Below, piece by piece: positions 55,301 to 63,795 of a stretch of 64,000 bases of DNA. The translations under genes were made by a program, and so were the position numbers. A model generated the notes under the pieces. That model worked only from the letters and a program-made list of their open reading frames with translations. It made no database searches and was not told where the DNA came from. Within the stretch, counting starts at the first letter, position 1. Each line of letters starts with the position of its first letter. Source of the stretch: Patescibacteria group bacterium (lineage in GTDB: Bacteria > Patescibacteriota > Gracilibacteria > UBA1369 > PNNO01); the NCBI GenBank assembly GCA_042568205.1, contig JBHPJE010000007.1, forward strand, positions 35-64,034, written 5' to 3'.

Positions 55301-58300
55301 AATGTAAAATATTGTGGCTGTCCATTAATTTCAAATAATTTTACTGAAGCAGTCATCCCGGCACCAAATCTTTGAGTTCTTACGTTTGCAGGAATTGTAC
55401 CATTTGTAATACCAATAACAGCTAAACGAACTTTTTGTTCTACTGCTTTTAATAGATAAACAGGGCATCCATTTTTTAGTGCAGCTAATTGAGCTTTTCT
55501 TTCTAATGGTCTGGTTGAAAGATTTTTATTCATAACTTCTGACCATTTTTTAGATGTTTCAATTTTTCTACCTAACATAAATCCAACTCTAATTAACTTT
55601 AATAGAGCAGTTTTACCTTTTAATTGGTCTGGTTCAATGTTATTTAGTTTCAATGCCTTATATAGGACATCTAGTATTTCAACCTTATCAAGATTCAATA
55701 ATGAATTCATATCCATTCCAATTTTATTTTCAATTCCTAATTCTTTAACTAATTTTGGAATAACTTTATGAAAATTTGCATCAGTAGCATTCATTATTAC
55801 TGAAGTCAGTCCATATTCAATATAATCATTTGTTTTATTTAATACTTTTGTTGGATTAGGCTGATAAACTGTAGTTCCAGGAGCTCTGTGAGAAGTTTTT
55901 TCTAGCATATCCAGATAACCTCTATCCTGAGCCATGAATTTTTCAAATTCACTTGGATTAATAGTGATTTGACCTAAATGAGCCATTGTAATTTTTTTGC
56001 CTTTTTTCCAAACAGCTCTTCCATGCCATAATCCTTGCCACCAGTTAAAGTTTTCTTTAACCACTGAACCAGTAGGTGTAAAGATAGATCTAATAAATAA
56101 TCTGGCTTTCATCCCCGCGCTTAATGAAGCTCTAACTTTTTCCCATTTTTTAAAGTCTGCTTTAGCATGTTCTCCTTTAACCCAAAGTCTAGCTTTTGTT
56201 TGTTGGATTGTAGCTAATGCTTCCAGCCATCCAAATTTTGGTAACTTAACTAATACATATTTATTATCATTAACTTTTTTAAGACATTTTTCAGCAAGAA
56301 GTTTTCTTAGACCAAATGCCATGAATAATAATTTTAATCCGCCATTTGATTTAAGCATTTCACCCGGATTAAAATCAGGGCTTTCTTGTTTATAGAATTG
56401 TTCTTTAATTTTTGCCTGCATTAAATTACTAGCACCAATATCTATAGATGTAGGTGCGTTATCTTCTTTATGAAGAAGTGAACCTAAACTATAATAATTT
56501 AGCCCTTGTGGTTCTTTTTCAATTTGTTCTACACCAGCAAGCATTGGTCTATACACATCAGTCTTTGTTTCTCGATGGACCTTAAATGCTTCAGGTTTTT
56601 TAAATTCCTCTAAAGCATCAAATATTCGTGCAATACCTAAAGCAATAGTTCTTAGTTTTCTCCATTCTTTAACAATTGCTTTTTCTTCTTTCCCAATAGG
56701 ATTATCTTCGTTGATATGTCTAACCATCATCTGCTTTTCAACTCGATAATAATCTTTAATAAATTGTTTATATCCACCCTCATATAATTCTCTTTTACCA
56801 TCTAAGCTAACTTTGAAAAAGTCTTCTGCATATAATCTTGAATTCAATTGTTTTTGAATAATTTCCTGAATATAATGTCTTTTTTGTGTAGGTGACATCG
56901 GATGAAAAGGAGGATTTTCTAAAATTGGGCCAATATATCTTCCTACTTTTTTCCAGATATCAACGTTTTTAAAATGTTCATCATTTCTTAATTGTTCTGG
57001 TACGTCATATTGAGCATTTTGAAAGATATAACCGTAATAAAAATCGTCAATTAAACTATCCGCTGCTTCTCTTTTTCTTTCTCTTTCTCTCTCTGCAGCT
57101 GTCTCTTTTAATTTAATATGATCAGGGAATGAGATTTTATAAGTAACCGCAAGTTCTTTTAATTTTTTATCAATTTCTATTAACAATTTATTTTTATCAG
57201 CTTCTTTTTCAAGACCGTAAGCTTTGTTAATTATTAGTTGAATTGAATTCAAGGTTTTTCCATATTCGGTTTTATTTTTTATATTTTCTGTTTCTTCGAT
57301 AAAGTAATCTAATCTTTTTTGATTCAATATAATCTTTTCATCTGCTGTTCCCTGATTTGTTTCAGTAGCCACATTCAGCTTAGCTGCGCTTTTAGCTTTT
57401 GGTTTTTTAGTAATTGGCTTTGCTGCATCAGGATTATATGCACCAGCTTCATATTTAATATTGCTAATTACAGTATTATGAAAAATTCTTACTCTTTGAG
57501 GTCTTTTATTTCCTTTTAGAGATGATTTAATATAAAAAGTTCCTGAACCTTTATGGTATACAGCCTCTTCTTTAAACTTTCTTCCACCTGGGCTTACACC
57601 ACTTACCGTGAAGCTAATATGAATATTTCCACCTTGCAGTTTACTTAAATCAAACAGGTCATGAATTCTAACTGTCTTTTCAGCTTTTCTATCAATTCTA
57701 CCTTTGGGAGTTAAAAATTTAACAATGTAACCCTTCTTGTGTTTGTGTAAGTACTTTTTATTTGTAACTAATTGATCAACTGCTTTTGTTGGGTCCTCTT
57801 TTAGCATTTTTTGTACATTCTTTTTCAATACTTTTTTCTTTGCTTTTGTTCTTTTTACAACTGCTTCTTTCTTTTTACCCAGTTCTGCTCTTAGTTTTCT
57901 TATATCTTCAATGATTGCTCTACGAATATCTAAACTGTTCGAAGCTTCTTTCAAATCAACTTTCCAAAATGTTCCTTTTTTATTATGAAATGTTAATTTA
58001 CCACCTTCATCCAAAGTGACAGTACATGGTTTGTTATCTCCAACTTTTTTTGCATTTTTCCCAATAAGATAATTAAGATCTTTAAATGCTGTTTTAAAGA
58101 ATCTTAAAAATGCTTTAGATTTTTTTACGTGTTTAGGTAATTTTTTAAAACTTCTTGAAAGTAAACCTAATGCAATTTTTCCTGAATCTAGTCCTCTTCC
58201 TTTAATTTCAAAAGTTGATTTGTTTTTTATGTATTTGTCGAATCCTTCTTCATAACCTTCTAATTCATCATTTATTTGTTTTATGGTTTGTTTCTTTCTT

Positions 58301-58440
58301 TCAAGTTTATCTTCTTTTTGTTCCCTAGGCGATTGAATTAGAACACCTAAAGGTTTTTTAAAGACATGTTTTGATTCGCCAGTTAAAAGATTTTTACTAG
58401 CGAAATAATTCAGTAAATGAATGTAGTTTTTGTTTATCAT
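52366..58440 (-). CDS. 2,024-aa lysine-rich giant protein of unknown function
   Basis: This is an uninterrupted 6.1-kb ORF with no N-terminal signal peptide or TM helix. It is very Lys/Arg-rich and has three Gly/Ala-rich glycine-zipper-like segments. Its Pro/Thr-rich tail ends in QTEGTGNL. Confidence 0.7.
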   Translation of the reverse strand: MINKNYIHLLNYFASKNLLTGESKHVFKKPLGVLIQSPREQKEDKLERKKQTIKQINDELEGYEEGFDKYIKNKSTFEIKGRGLDSGKIALGLLSRSFKKLPKHVKKSKAFLRFFKTAFKDLNYLIGKNAKKVGDNKPCTVTLDEGGKLTFHNKKGTFWKVDLKEASNSLDIRRAIIEDIRKLRAELGKKKEAVVKRTKAKKKVLKKNVQKMLKEDPTKAVDQLVTNKKYLHKHKKGYIVKFLTPKGRIDRKAEKTVRIHDLFDLSKLQGGNIHISFTVSGVSPGGRKFKEEAVYHKGSGTFYIKSSLKGNKRPQRVRIFHNTVISNIKYEAGAYNPDAAKPITKKPKAKSAAKLNVATETNQGTADEKIILNQKRLDYFIEETENIKNKTEYGKTLNSIQLIINKAYGLEKEADKNKLLIEIDKKLKELAVTYKISFPDHIKLKETAAERERERKREAADSLIDDFYYGYIFQNAQYDVPEQLRNDEHFKNVDIWKKVGRYIGPILENPPFHPMSPTQKRHYIQEIIQKQLNSRLYAEDFFKVSLDGKRELYEGGYKQFIKDYYRVEKQMMVRHINEDNPIGKEEKAIVKEWRKLRTIALGIARIFDALEEFKKPEAFKVHRETKTDVYRPMLAGVEQIEKEPQGLNYYSLGSLLHKEDNAPTSIDIGASNLMQAKIKEQFYKQESPDFNPGEMLKSNGGLKLLFMAFGLRKLLAEKCLKKVNDNKYVLVKLPKFGWLEALATIQQTKARLWVKGEHAKADFKKWEKVRASLSAGMKARLFIRSIFTPTGSVVKENFNWWQGLWHGRAVWKKGKKITMAHLGQITINPSEFEKFMAQDRGYLDMLEKTSHRAPGTTVYQPNPTKVLNKTNDYIEYGLTSVIMNATDANFHKVIPKLVKELGIENKIGMDMNSLLNLDKVEILDVLYKALKLNNIEPDQLKGKTALLKLIRVGFMLGRKIETSKKWSEVMNKNLSTRPLERKAQLAALKNGCPVYLLKAVEQKVRLAVIGITNGTIPANVRTQRFGAGMTASVKLFEINGQPQYFTFGVFGQQGRTIQERCIPFLGINGAIKAGKKLSFRYTVGATATFAGAAIGLEMPIGKTDYNLYFSISAGADYKGKTVGVGGAVGGIWDRDRSEKRQVKESMELRNIKDIDRAIDDGKIDKAASLILNHPTFGRVMKKIKTKAKIKDNATIVDLYKEARKDWVEYAKRKMKVPWLLGIGAGAFLGIDAKSGKLASVGVGAYITFKIPGTEVTYVVRHAHPKYSDYMQRKAVEFELRQKLRKQGLRNFKIAPYVIEATSGILYFDSNLGRSGVARRTGEKSANIADGKYSRGSGQEGPNKKPKKKGQVDTFQSTFELAKKTFSKLNIHVEKVKDPRNPKGWLLALTPLQTMDSNVEVLMDPAMKARGLILDRANNRFLLSANLVKDLYVTRSTYRYPFQKRGAMNLHVIAFKANPDLDNGTIRNSSPWSLYKFKGEKYQRVKNEALGRQHYDTKLVNGRPVMTKRPSNVMTLAEYKNSKRNHESFIDLKADYTRPQAQKMTTDLHDAMKYRNIERVRTKKLQLKKFGDLIYADKKFRRPFNIGVGKLKTPDGENKFKTTWFRTIAARYKQYAKQNGIYTKGTKLASLNEQEKNLIYSYLLDKSFTKLLDHNKKYPKVITRRLQVRNRLFMRYMKRFIRKFIENNRDQWKEIRKKYKGASVNGIANYLLLCMPQNHEQLQKFLKSKKSLPLKAGIKYGSYTHRFGSLQSMPTAFGSDTDNKAFKDTLKMIKPTRLNVNSPDANERAAANLILRMMSPLPTKNLEKTSVKKKFLESELSQLLLSMYDRNGVSPLLSILGVPKFKGLTKIIQNLNGKNLETVLKTHAAAFNDFKTIVLGIRNAQLNGESTYTFDNKYIFHVAETKIYAGPYLKCGNGTVAVHQRIGITLKGVKRGRLFGAGADVNIRVGRTEKKAYGQFTAGIYSGHKFKRRKTPTPPRRETPHKTPTQHRAPTQDQTTGGGTPQNPQPDTAVQGPQTEGTGNL

Positions 58441-58581
58441 GATTTTTGTTTTTAATATTTATTTAAACTATTACTATATTTTATCAAATTTTTGGCTTTA
58501 CGTCAACGATATTAGGTAGGTTTTTCTGTAAATATGCTTTATTTTCTTGTACAGTGAAGTTAATAACTAACAAATTGTGAG

Positions 58582-59241
58582 ATGAATCTTCCAACAATAA
58601 TTGTAAATTTTAAAACTTACGAGTCTGCGACTGGGCAAAAAGCTCTTGAATTAGCTAAAATTCATGAAAAGGTAGCGAAGGAGTTAGAGGTAAGTATGGG
58701 TGTTTGTGTGCAGCTTGCTGATCTTAAAATGATTGCTGATGCTGTCTCGATTCCTGTTTTTGCTCAACATATTGATCCTGTTGGATATGGATCTAATACA
58801 GGTCATGTAATGCCAGAGGCTGTAAAAGAGGCTGGGGCATATGGAACTTTACTTAATCATGCTGAAAGGCAAATCCCAATGGATGTATTGGAAAAGTCTA
58901 TCAATAGCGCAAAAGAAGCTGGATTATACACAGTTGTTTGTGCAAATACTCCTGAAACTGGAGTTGAAATTGCAAAACTTGGACCTGATTTAATTGCAGT
59001 TGAACCACCTGATTTAATTGGTGGAGATGTTTCAGTGTCTTCTGCTGAGCCTGAAATTATTACAAAAGCATGTGATTTAATAGGAGGTGAAAAATTATTA
59101 GTAGGAGCAGGAGTTAAGACAGGGGAGGATGTTAAGACTTGTATTGAGCTTGGCTCAACTGGTGTGCTTTTAGCATCTGGAGTTACTAAAGCCGAGGATC
59201 CGGAAGCAGTTTTGAGGGACCTTGCAAATGGCTTAAAATAA
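58582..59241 (+). CDS. tpiA: triosephosphate isomerase, short archaeal type
   Basis: The ORF is only 219 aa. IIVNFKTYESATG, LNHAERQ, IAVEPPDLIG and GVLLASGVTKA align along the full length with the Methanocaldococcus-type TIM pattern as I recall it. This is not the ~250-aa bacterial type. Confidence 0.88.
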   Translation: MNLPTIIVNFKTYESATGQKALELAKIHEKVAKELEVSMGVCVQLADLKMIADAVSIPVFAQHIDPVGYGSNTGHVMPEAVKEAGAYGTLLNHAERQIPMDVLEKSINSAKEAGLYTVVCANTPETGVEIAKLGPDLIAVEPPDLIGGDVSVSSAEPEIITKACDLIGGEKLLVGAGVKTGEDVKTCIELGSTGVLLASGVTKAEDPEAVLRDLANGLK

Positions 59242-59275
59242 GCCTATAATTTTTATTACTTTAATCATTTATACT

Positions 59276-59851
59276 ATGCGAATCCAAATTTTAAGTCAGT
59301 CTGTTAGCTTAGGGGATAATCAAAAAGAATATATTGAATCTAAAATTGAAAATCTTAAAAAATACGGAGAAAGAGTTGCTGATGAAGCTACAAAAGTTAG
59401 AGTTGATGTTGAAATGACAAAAGTTCGATCTGGTGATCAAAAAGTTAAAACTCAGATAACAATGTATTTACCAAATTCAGTTATTAGATCTGAAGTTAAT
59501 GGAATGACAGTTGAAGAAACTGTGGATTTGTCAGTAGAAAAGCTTAAAAAGCAAATCGAAAGATATAAGACAAAAAAACATAGAAGAAATAATGAAGGTG
59601 CATGGATCCCTGAATCAACTTTAGAAAATGTAACTAAAGAAGGATTAACTGAAGAACAGATTGAAGGAATTGTTAGAAGGAAAAAATATGGAGATGTTAA
59701 ACCAATGAGAGAAGATGAAGCAGTTGAGCAAATGGAGCTTCTAGATCACGATTTTTACGCTTTTATAAATCAGGATACAGATTTATTTTCAGTAATTTAC
59801 AGACGTAATAATGGTGACTATGGTTTGATTGAATTAGAAAAAAAACAATAA
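59276..59851 (+). CDS. hpf: ribosome hibernation-promoting factor, long form
   Basis: The 191-aa ORF has an S30AE/RaiA-type N-terminal domain. The long-HPF C-terminal dimerisation domain is present (MELLDHDFYAFINQDTDLFSVIYRRNNGDYGLIE). Confidence 0.88.
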   Translation: MRIQILSQSVSLGDNQKEYIESKIENLKKYGERVADEATKVRVDVEMTKVRSGDQKVKTQITMYLPNSVIRSEVNGMTVEETVDLSVEKLKKQIERYKTKKHRRNNEGAWIPESTLENVTKEGLTEEQIEGIVRRKKYGDVKPMREDEAVEQMELLDHDFYAFINQDTDLFSVIYRRNNGDYGLIELEKKQ

Positions 59852-59865
59852 TTTAACAATTTAAT

Positions 59866-61263
59866 ATGCCTGTTGAATATTATTTTTACATATTACTTTA
59901 TGCTATCTGGATAGCAATTGTTTTTAAAAATCTCCGAGTATCAATTCTTCTTTTGCCATTATTTTTCCCAATGTATTTAATGAAATTTGATGTGTTTGGG
60001 ATTCCAATTTATTTTATTGAAGGATTAATTTTAATATCTGCAATTCCTTTATTTATAGGCAAATTATCGGGTCATTATGAATTAAATGATAAAAATTTAC
60101 CTGGTAAAGTTATTCATACTTTTAAAGTTTTAGTTGCTCCAAAAAAACAGCCAATTATAAATTTTTTAAAGTCATATTCTTTGCCGGTTGTTTTATTTTT
60201 ACTAGCTTGTTCGATTGCAGTTTTAACAGCAAAAGGTGATTCATCGGCACTTCATTCACTTGGAATTTTAAAAAGTTGGGTGATTGTACCGATAGTTTAT
60301 TTTTATATTTTAATGTCAGCTGTTCGGGATAAAAAAGATATTAATTTTTCAATGTACTCATATCTGGGATCAGCGATATTCCTTAGTCTATGGGGATTAT
60401 TCCAGGCCATCACAAAGCAGTATATTACAATTGATGATAGAGTTTCTGGCCCATTTGAGTCAGCAAATTACTTGGCAATTTATTTAGCACCAGCATTAAT
60501 TTTTGCTTCAGTAAGATTTATTCAAACTTTTCTAATGAGTTCATTTCATCCAGCTGGAAAAAGATGGAATATTCTTGAACGAAGAGTTTTTATAAGTTTT
60601 GCAGTTGCAATTATTTTTATGGCATTAGTACTTTCTCAATCTTACGGAGGAATTTTAGGAGTGTTTGTTGTGTTATTAATTTATATTGTGTTCGAGCGCT
60701 TTAGGGCTAATGCTAAACAAATAAAGAAGTTTTTTAATCGTATACTTTTAGCTATTCTTCTAATTATAATTATTGGGGGCGGGATGGCAGCTTCATTAAA
60801 TTCAGAAAAATTTCAAAACTTAACTCGATTTGATGAACACACTTCTGTTGCAACCCGACTTGAAATTTGGCAGGTTGGGGGACACCTAATTAAAGAAAAT
60901 CCTTTATTTGGAATTGGTTTAGGAATGTATCAGGAAAATTACAATCTGAGAGCTGAAGAGATTTTACAAAGAAAACCATTAGAAGAAACTCGCTTGCATT
61001 CTCATAATGTATTTATGGAAACATGGCTTAATGCAGGGCTTTTGGGACTTGTAAGTTTTGTTTGGTTGATTGTTCTGGCTTATTTCCAAATTCTTAAAGT
61101 TAAAAACAAAGAAGATAAATTAATGTTATATGCTGGAATTGCAATGCTTACATATATAGTAGTGCATGGTTTAATTGATGTAACTTTTTGGAAAAATGAT
61201 TTAGCTTTAATCTTCTGGTTAATAATGGGTGTAATATTTTCACTTAAAAAAGATGATGTTTGA
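59866..61263 (+). CDS. O-antigen ligase/polymerase family (Wzy_C-like) membrane protein
   Basis: The 465-aa polytopic protein has a periplasmic-loop pattern with the conserved His (HSHNVFMETWLNAG), typical of the O-antigen ligase family. Confidence 0.72.
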   Translation: MPVEYYFYILLYAIWIAIVFKNLRVSILLLPLFFPMYLMKFDVFGIPIYFIEGLILISAIPLFIGKLSGHYELNDKNLPGKVIHTFKVLVAPKKQPIINFLKSYSLPVVLFLLACSIAVLTAKGDSSALHSLGILKSWVIVPIVYFYILMSAVRDKKDINFSMYSYLGSAIFLSLWGLFQAITKQYITIDDRVSGPFESANYLAIYLAPALIFASVRFIQTFLMSSFHPAGKRWNILERRVFISFAVAIIFMALVLSQSYGGILGVFVVLLIYIVFERFRANAKQIKKFFNRILLAILLIIIIGGGMAASLNSEKFQNLTRFDEHTSVATRLEIWQVGGHLIKENPLFGIGLGMYQENYNLRAEEILQRKPLEETRLHSHNVFMETWLNAGLLGLVSFVWLIVLAYFQILKVKNKEDKLMLYAGIAMLTYIVVHGLIDVTFWKNDLALIFWLIMGVIFSLKKDDV

Positions 61264-61627
61264 TTTAAATGGAAAAGTTGAAAAAGGTATTGGATTAGGG
61301 GGAAAATTAGGTTATCCAACTTTAAATATTCTTTTGGATAAGCCTTCAAATGAGCGCGGTGTGTTTGTATGTGAAATAAATCTTAATGAACATATATATA
61401 AAGGTGTAATGCATTTGGGTCCAAAAAGTTTTGGAACAGATGATTCAAAGAAAATATTTTGTGAAGTCCATGTGTTTGATTTTAATAAGGACATTGAATC
61501 TGGACAGGTATATATTAAAGTATTGAAAAAAATCCGTGATGTGAGAGAATTTGAAAGTACAGACGAGCTAGTTGCTCAAATTTCCCAAGATATCAATATT
61601 GCTAAAAAACACTTCAAAGATGCTTAA
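61253..61627 (+). CDS. stand-alone riboflavin kinase (RibF C-terminal domain type)
   Basis: The 124-aa ORF has GKVEKGIGLGGKLGYPTLNI, GVF and EVHVFDFNKD..G. The pattern REF.S.DELV.QI..D also matches bacterial riboflavin kinase domains. Confidence 0.75.
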   Translation: MMFDLNGKVEKGIGLGGKLGYPTLNILLDKPSNERGVFVCEINLNEHIYKGVMHLGPKSFGTDDSKKIFCEVHVFDFNKDIESGQVYIKVLKKIRDVREFESTDELVAQISQDINIAKKHFKDA

Positions 61628-62924
61628 TTTATTACGAAAATTCATGTCGGATACAAACCCTTTAAGATTGCTTTATCACCGTCTTAAAGCGACTTTAGCG
61701 GTTATTATTTATTGGTTTCCTTCAAAAAATTTAAATGTAATTGGAATTACAGGAACTAATGGGAAAACAACAACTGTTAACTTAACTGCAAAGATTTTAG
61801 AAGAAGCAGGATATAAAGTTGGAATGGCTTCAACAATCAATTTTCAAATAGGAGATGATAAATGGACTAATAATACAAAGCAAACAACAATGAGCCCATT
61901 TGTTTTGCAAAAAATGCTTAGAAAAATGGTTAAAGCAAAATGCACCCACTGTGTTTTAGAAGTATCATCGCATGCAATTACACAGTCACGGGTAATGGGG
62001 GTGAATTTTGATACTGCAGTTTTTACAAATGTAACTGAAGATCACATTGAATATCATGGGAATTTCCAAATGTATTTGCAGGCAAAAGGTGGCTTGTTTA
62101 AACGCTTAAATCGGGCAAAACGAAAGATCGGAATTCCTAAAGTATCTATTTTAAATTCAGATGATCCAAATTTTGATTATTTTGATCAATTTATTGTTGA
62201 TAGAAAATTTACTTACAGTTTAGATAAAGGAACTTGCTATGCCAGTAATATTGAATTAAGTCCAGAAGGGTCAAAATTTATTTTAAATATTCCAAATAAT
62301 TCAATTGAAGTTAATTTAGAGATTCCAGGAGAATTTAACATTCATAATGCATTAGCTGCCGCAACCGTGGCATTAGCTAATAATATAAAATTAGAAGCTG
62401 TTAAAAGAGGATTGGAAGGTTCACATGGAGTAAAAGGCAGACTTGAGGTTGTTGATTTAGGTCAGCCATTTTCAGTGATTGTAGATTATGCTCATTCTAC
62501 TGATTCGCTTCAAAAATTACTTGAGTTATATAAGAAGTTAACTGCTGGAAAGTTGTTTGTAGTTTTTGGTGCAACTGGTGGAGGAAGAGATAAAGCAAAA
62601 CGTCCTAAAATGGGTGCAATTGCTGACAAATTAGCAGACTTTATTATTTTAACAAATGATGATCCTTATGAAGAAGATGAATGGAAGATTATTGAAATGA
62701 TTGCAGAAGGTATTAAACGTAAAGAAGGGGAGAATTTATGGAAAATTCCACATAGATATGAAGCTATTAAATTGGCTTTAACTATGGCAAAAGAAGGGGA
62801 TACTGTAGTAATTCCAGGATTAGGAGCGCAGGAGGTACAGGTTGTTGGTAAAGAAATGATTCCATGGAGTGATCAATCAGCAGTTAGGGAGATTTTAAGC
62901 AGAGAACATGTAGTCCAACTTTAA
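61620..62924 (+). CDS. murE: Mur ligase, MurE-like (UDP-MurNAc-tripeptide synthetase)
   Basis: The ORF has the ATP site GITGTNGKTT and a middle domain (VLEVSSHA, DYAHSTDSL). The MurE-like motif is LTNDDPYEEDEW. I chose the ATG at 61620, which overlaps the preceding stop. The N-terminal domain is short. Confidence 0.72.
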   Translation: MLNLLRKFMSDTNPLRLLYHRLKATLAVIIYWFPSKNLNVIGITGTNGKTTTVNLTAKILEEAGYKVGMASTINFQIGDDKWTNNTKQTTMSPFVLQKMLRKMVKAKCTHCVLEVSSHAITQSRVMGVNFDTAVFTNVTEDHIEYHGNFQMYLQAKGGLFKRLNRAKRKIGIPKVSILNSDDPNFDYFDQFIVDRKFTYSLDKGTCYASNIELSPEGSKFILNIPNNSIEVNLEIPGEFNIHNALAAATVALANNIKLEAVKRGLEGSHGVKGRLEVVDLGQPFSVIVDYAHSTDSLQKLLELYKKLTAGKLFVVFGATGGGRDKAKRPKMGAIADKLADFIILTNDDPYEEDEWKIIEMIAEGIKRKEGENLWKIPHRYEAIKLALTMAKEGDTVVIPGLGAQEVQVVGKEMIPWSDQSAVREILSREHVVQL

Positions 62925-62925
62925 T

Positions 62926-63795
62926 ATGAAATACGGATTTTTAAATATTTATAAACCAAAAGGGATTACATCATTTGATGTGATTTTTAAGCTTAGGAAA
63001 ATACTTCAAATTAAAAAAATGGGCCATACTGGGACTTTAGATCCAATGGCTGAAGGAGTTTTAATAGTTGCACTCAGTGAAGCTACAAAAATTATTGAAT
63101 TTATGATGCAACATGATAAAGCATATTCTGCAGAGATTATTCTTGGTTCTGAATCTACGACCTATGATGCTGAAGGAGAGCTTAAAAAAGTGGGTAGTCA
63201 AAAACCTGACTTTGATGAAGTACAAGCCGTTATTGAAAGCTTCGAAGGGGAGGTTGACCAAGTACCTCCAATATATTCTGCTCTTAAAATTAATGGTAAA
63301 AAAGCATATGAATTAGCACGTGAAGGTAAAAAAGTTGAAATGAAGTCACGTAAAGTAACAATTCACGATATTGTGCTTATTGACTACAAATATCCAAATT
63401 TAACTATCGACGTTGAGTGTTCAAGTGGCACCTATATTCGTAGTTTAGCCCATGATATAGGTAAAAAACTTGAAACTGGAGCATATTTAAATGCACTTAA
63501 ACGTACAAAAGTTGGACATTTTTTAGTAGAAGATAGTGTGAAACTTGAAGATTTAGAAGAAGATGGTCTAGATAAGCATTTAATACCAATTGAGGCCTTA
63601 TCTATAAATTTCCCATCTCTTGAAATATCCCGCAATGAACTTAATAAACTCAATTTAGGTCAATTTATTGAGCGCGAAGACATAAAAGAGGAGAATGTTT
63701 GTGCCTTTCATGAAAAAAAACTTGTTGGTATACTTGAAAAGGTAAAAGATACTGACAAACCTTTATATAAGTATAAGAAAAAGATAAACACATGA
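62926..63795 (+). CDS. truB: tRNA pseudouridine(55) synthase TruB
   Basis: The 289-aa ORF has GFLNIYKPKGITSFDV, KMGHTGTLDPMAEGVL (catalytic Asp) and PPIYSALKINGK. Confidence 0.93.
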   Translation: MKYGFLNIYKPKGITSFDVIFKLRKILQIKKMGHTGTLDPMAEGVLIVALSEATKIIEFMMQHDKAYSAEIILGSESTTYDAEGELKKVGSQKPDFDEVQAVIESFEGEVDQVPPIYSALKINGKKAYELAREGKKVEMKSRKVTIHDIVLIDYKYPNLTIDVECSSGTYIRSLAHDIGKKLETGAYLNALKRTKVGHFLVEDSVKLEDLEEDGLDKHLIPIEALSINFPSLEISRNELNKLNLGQFIEREDIKEENVCAFHEKKLVGILEKVKDTDKPLYKYKKKINT

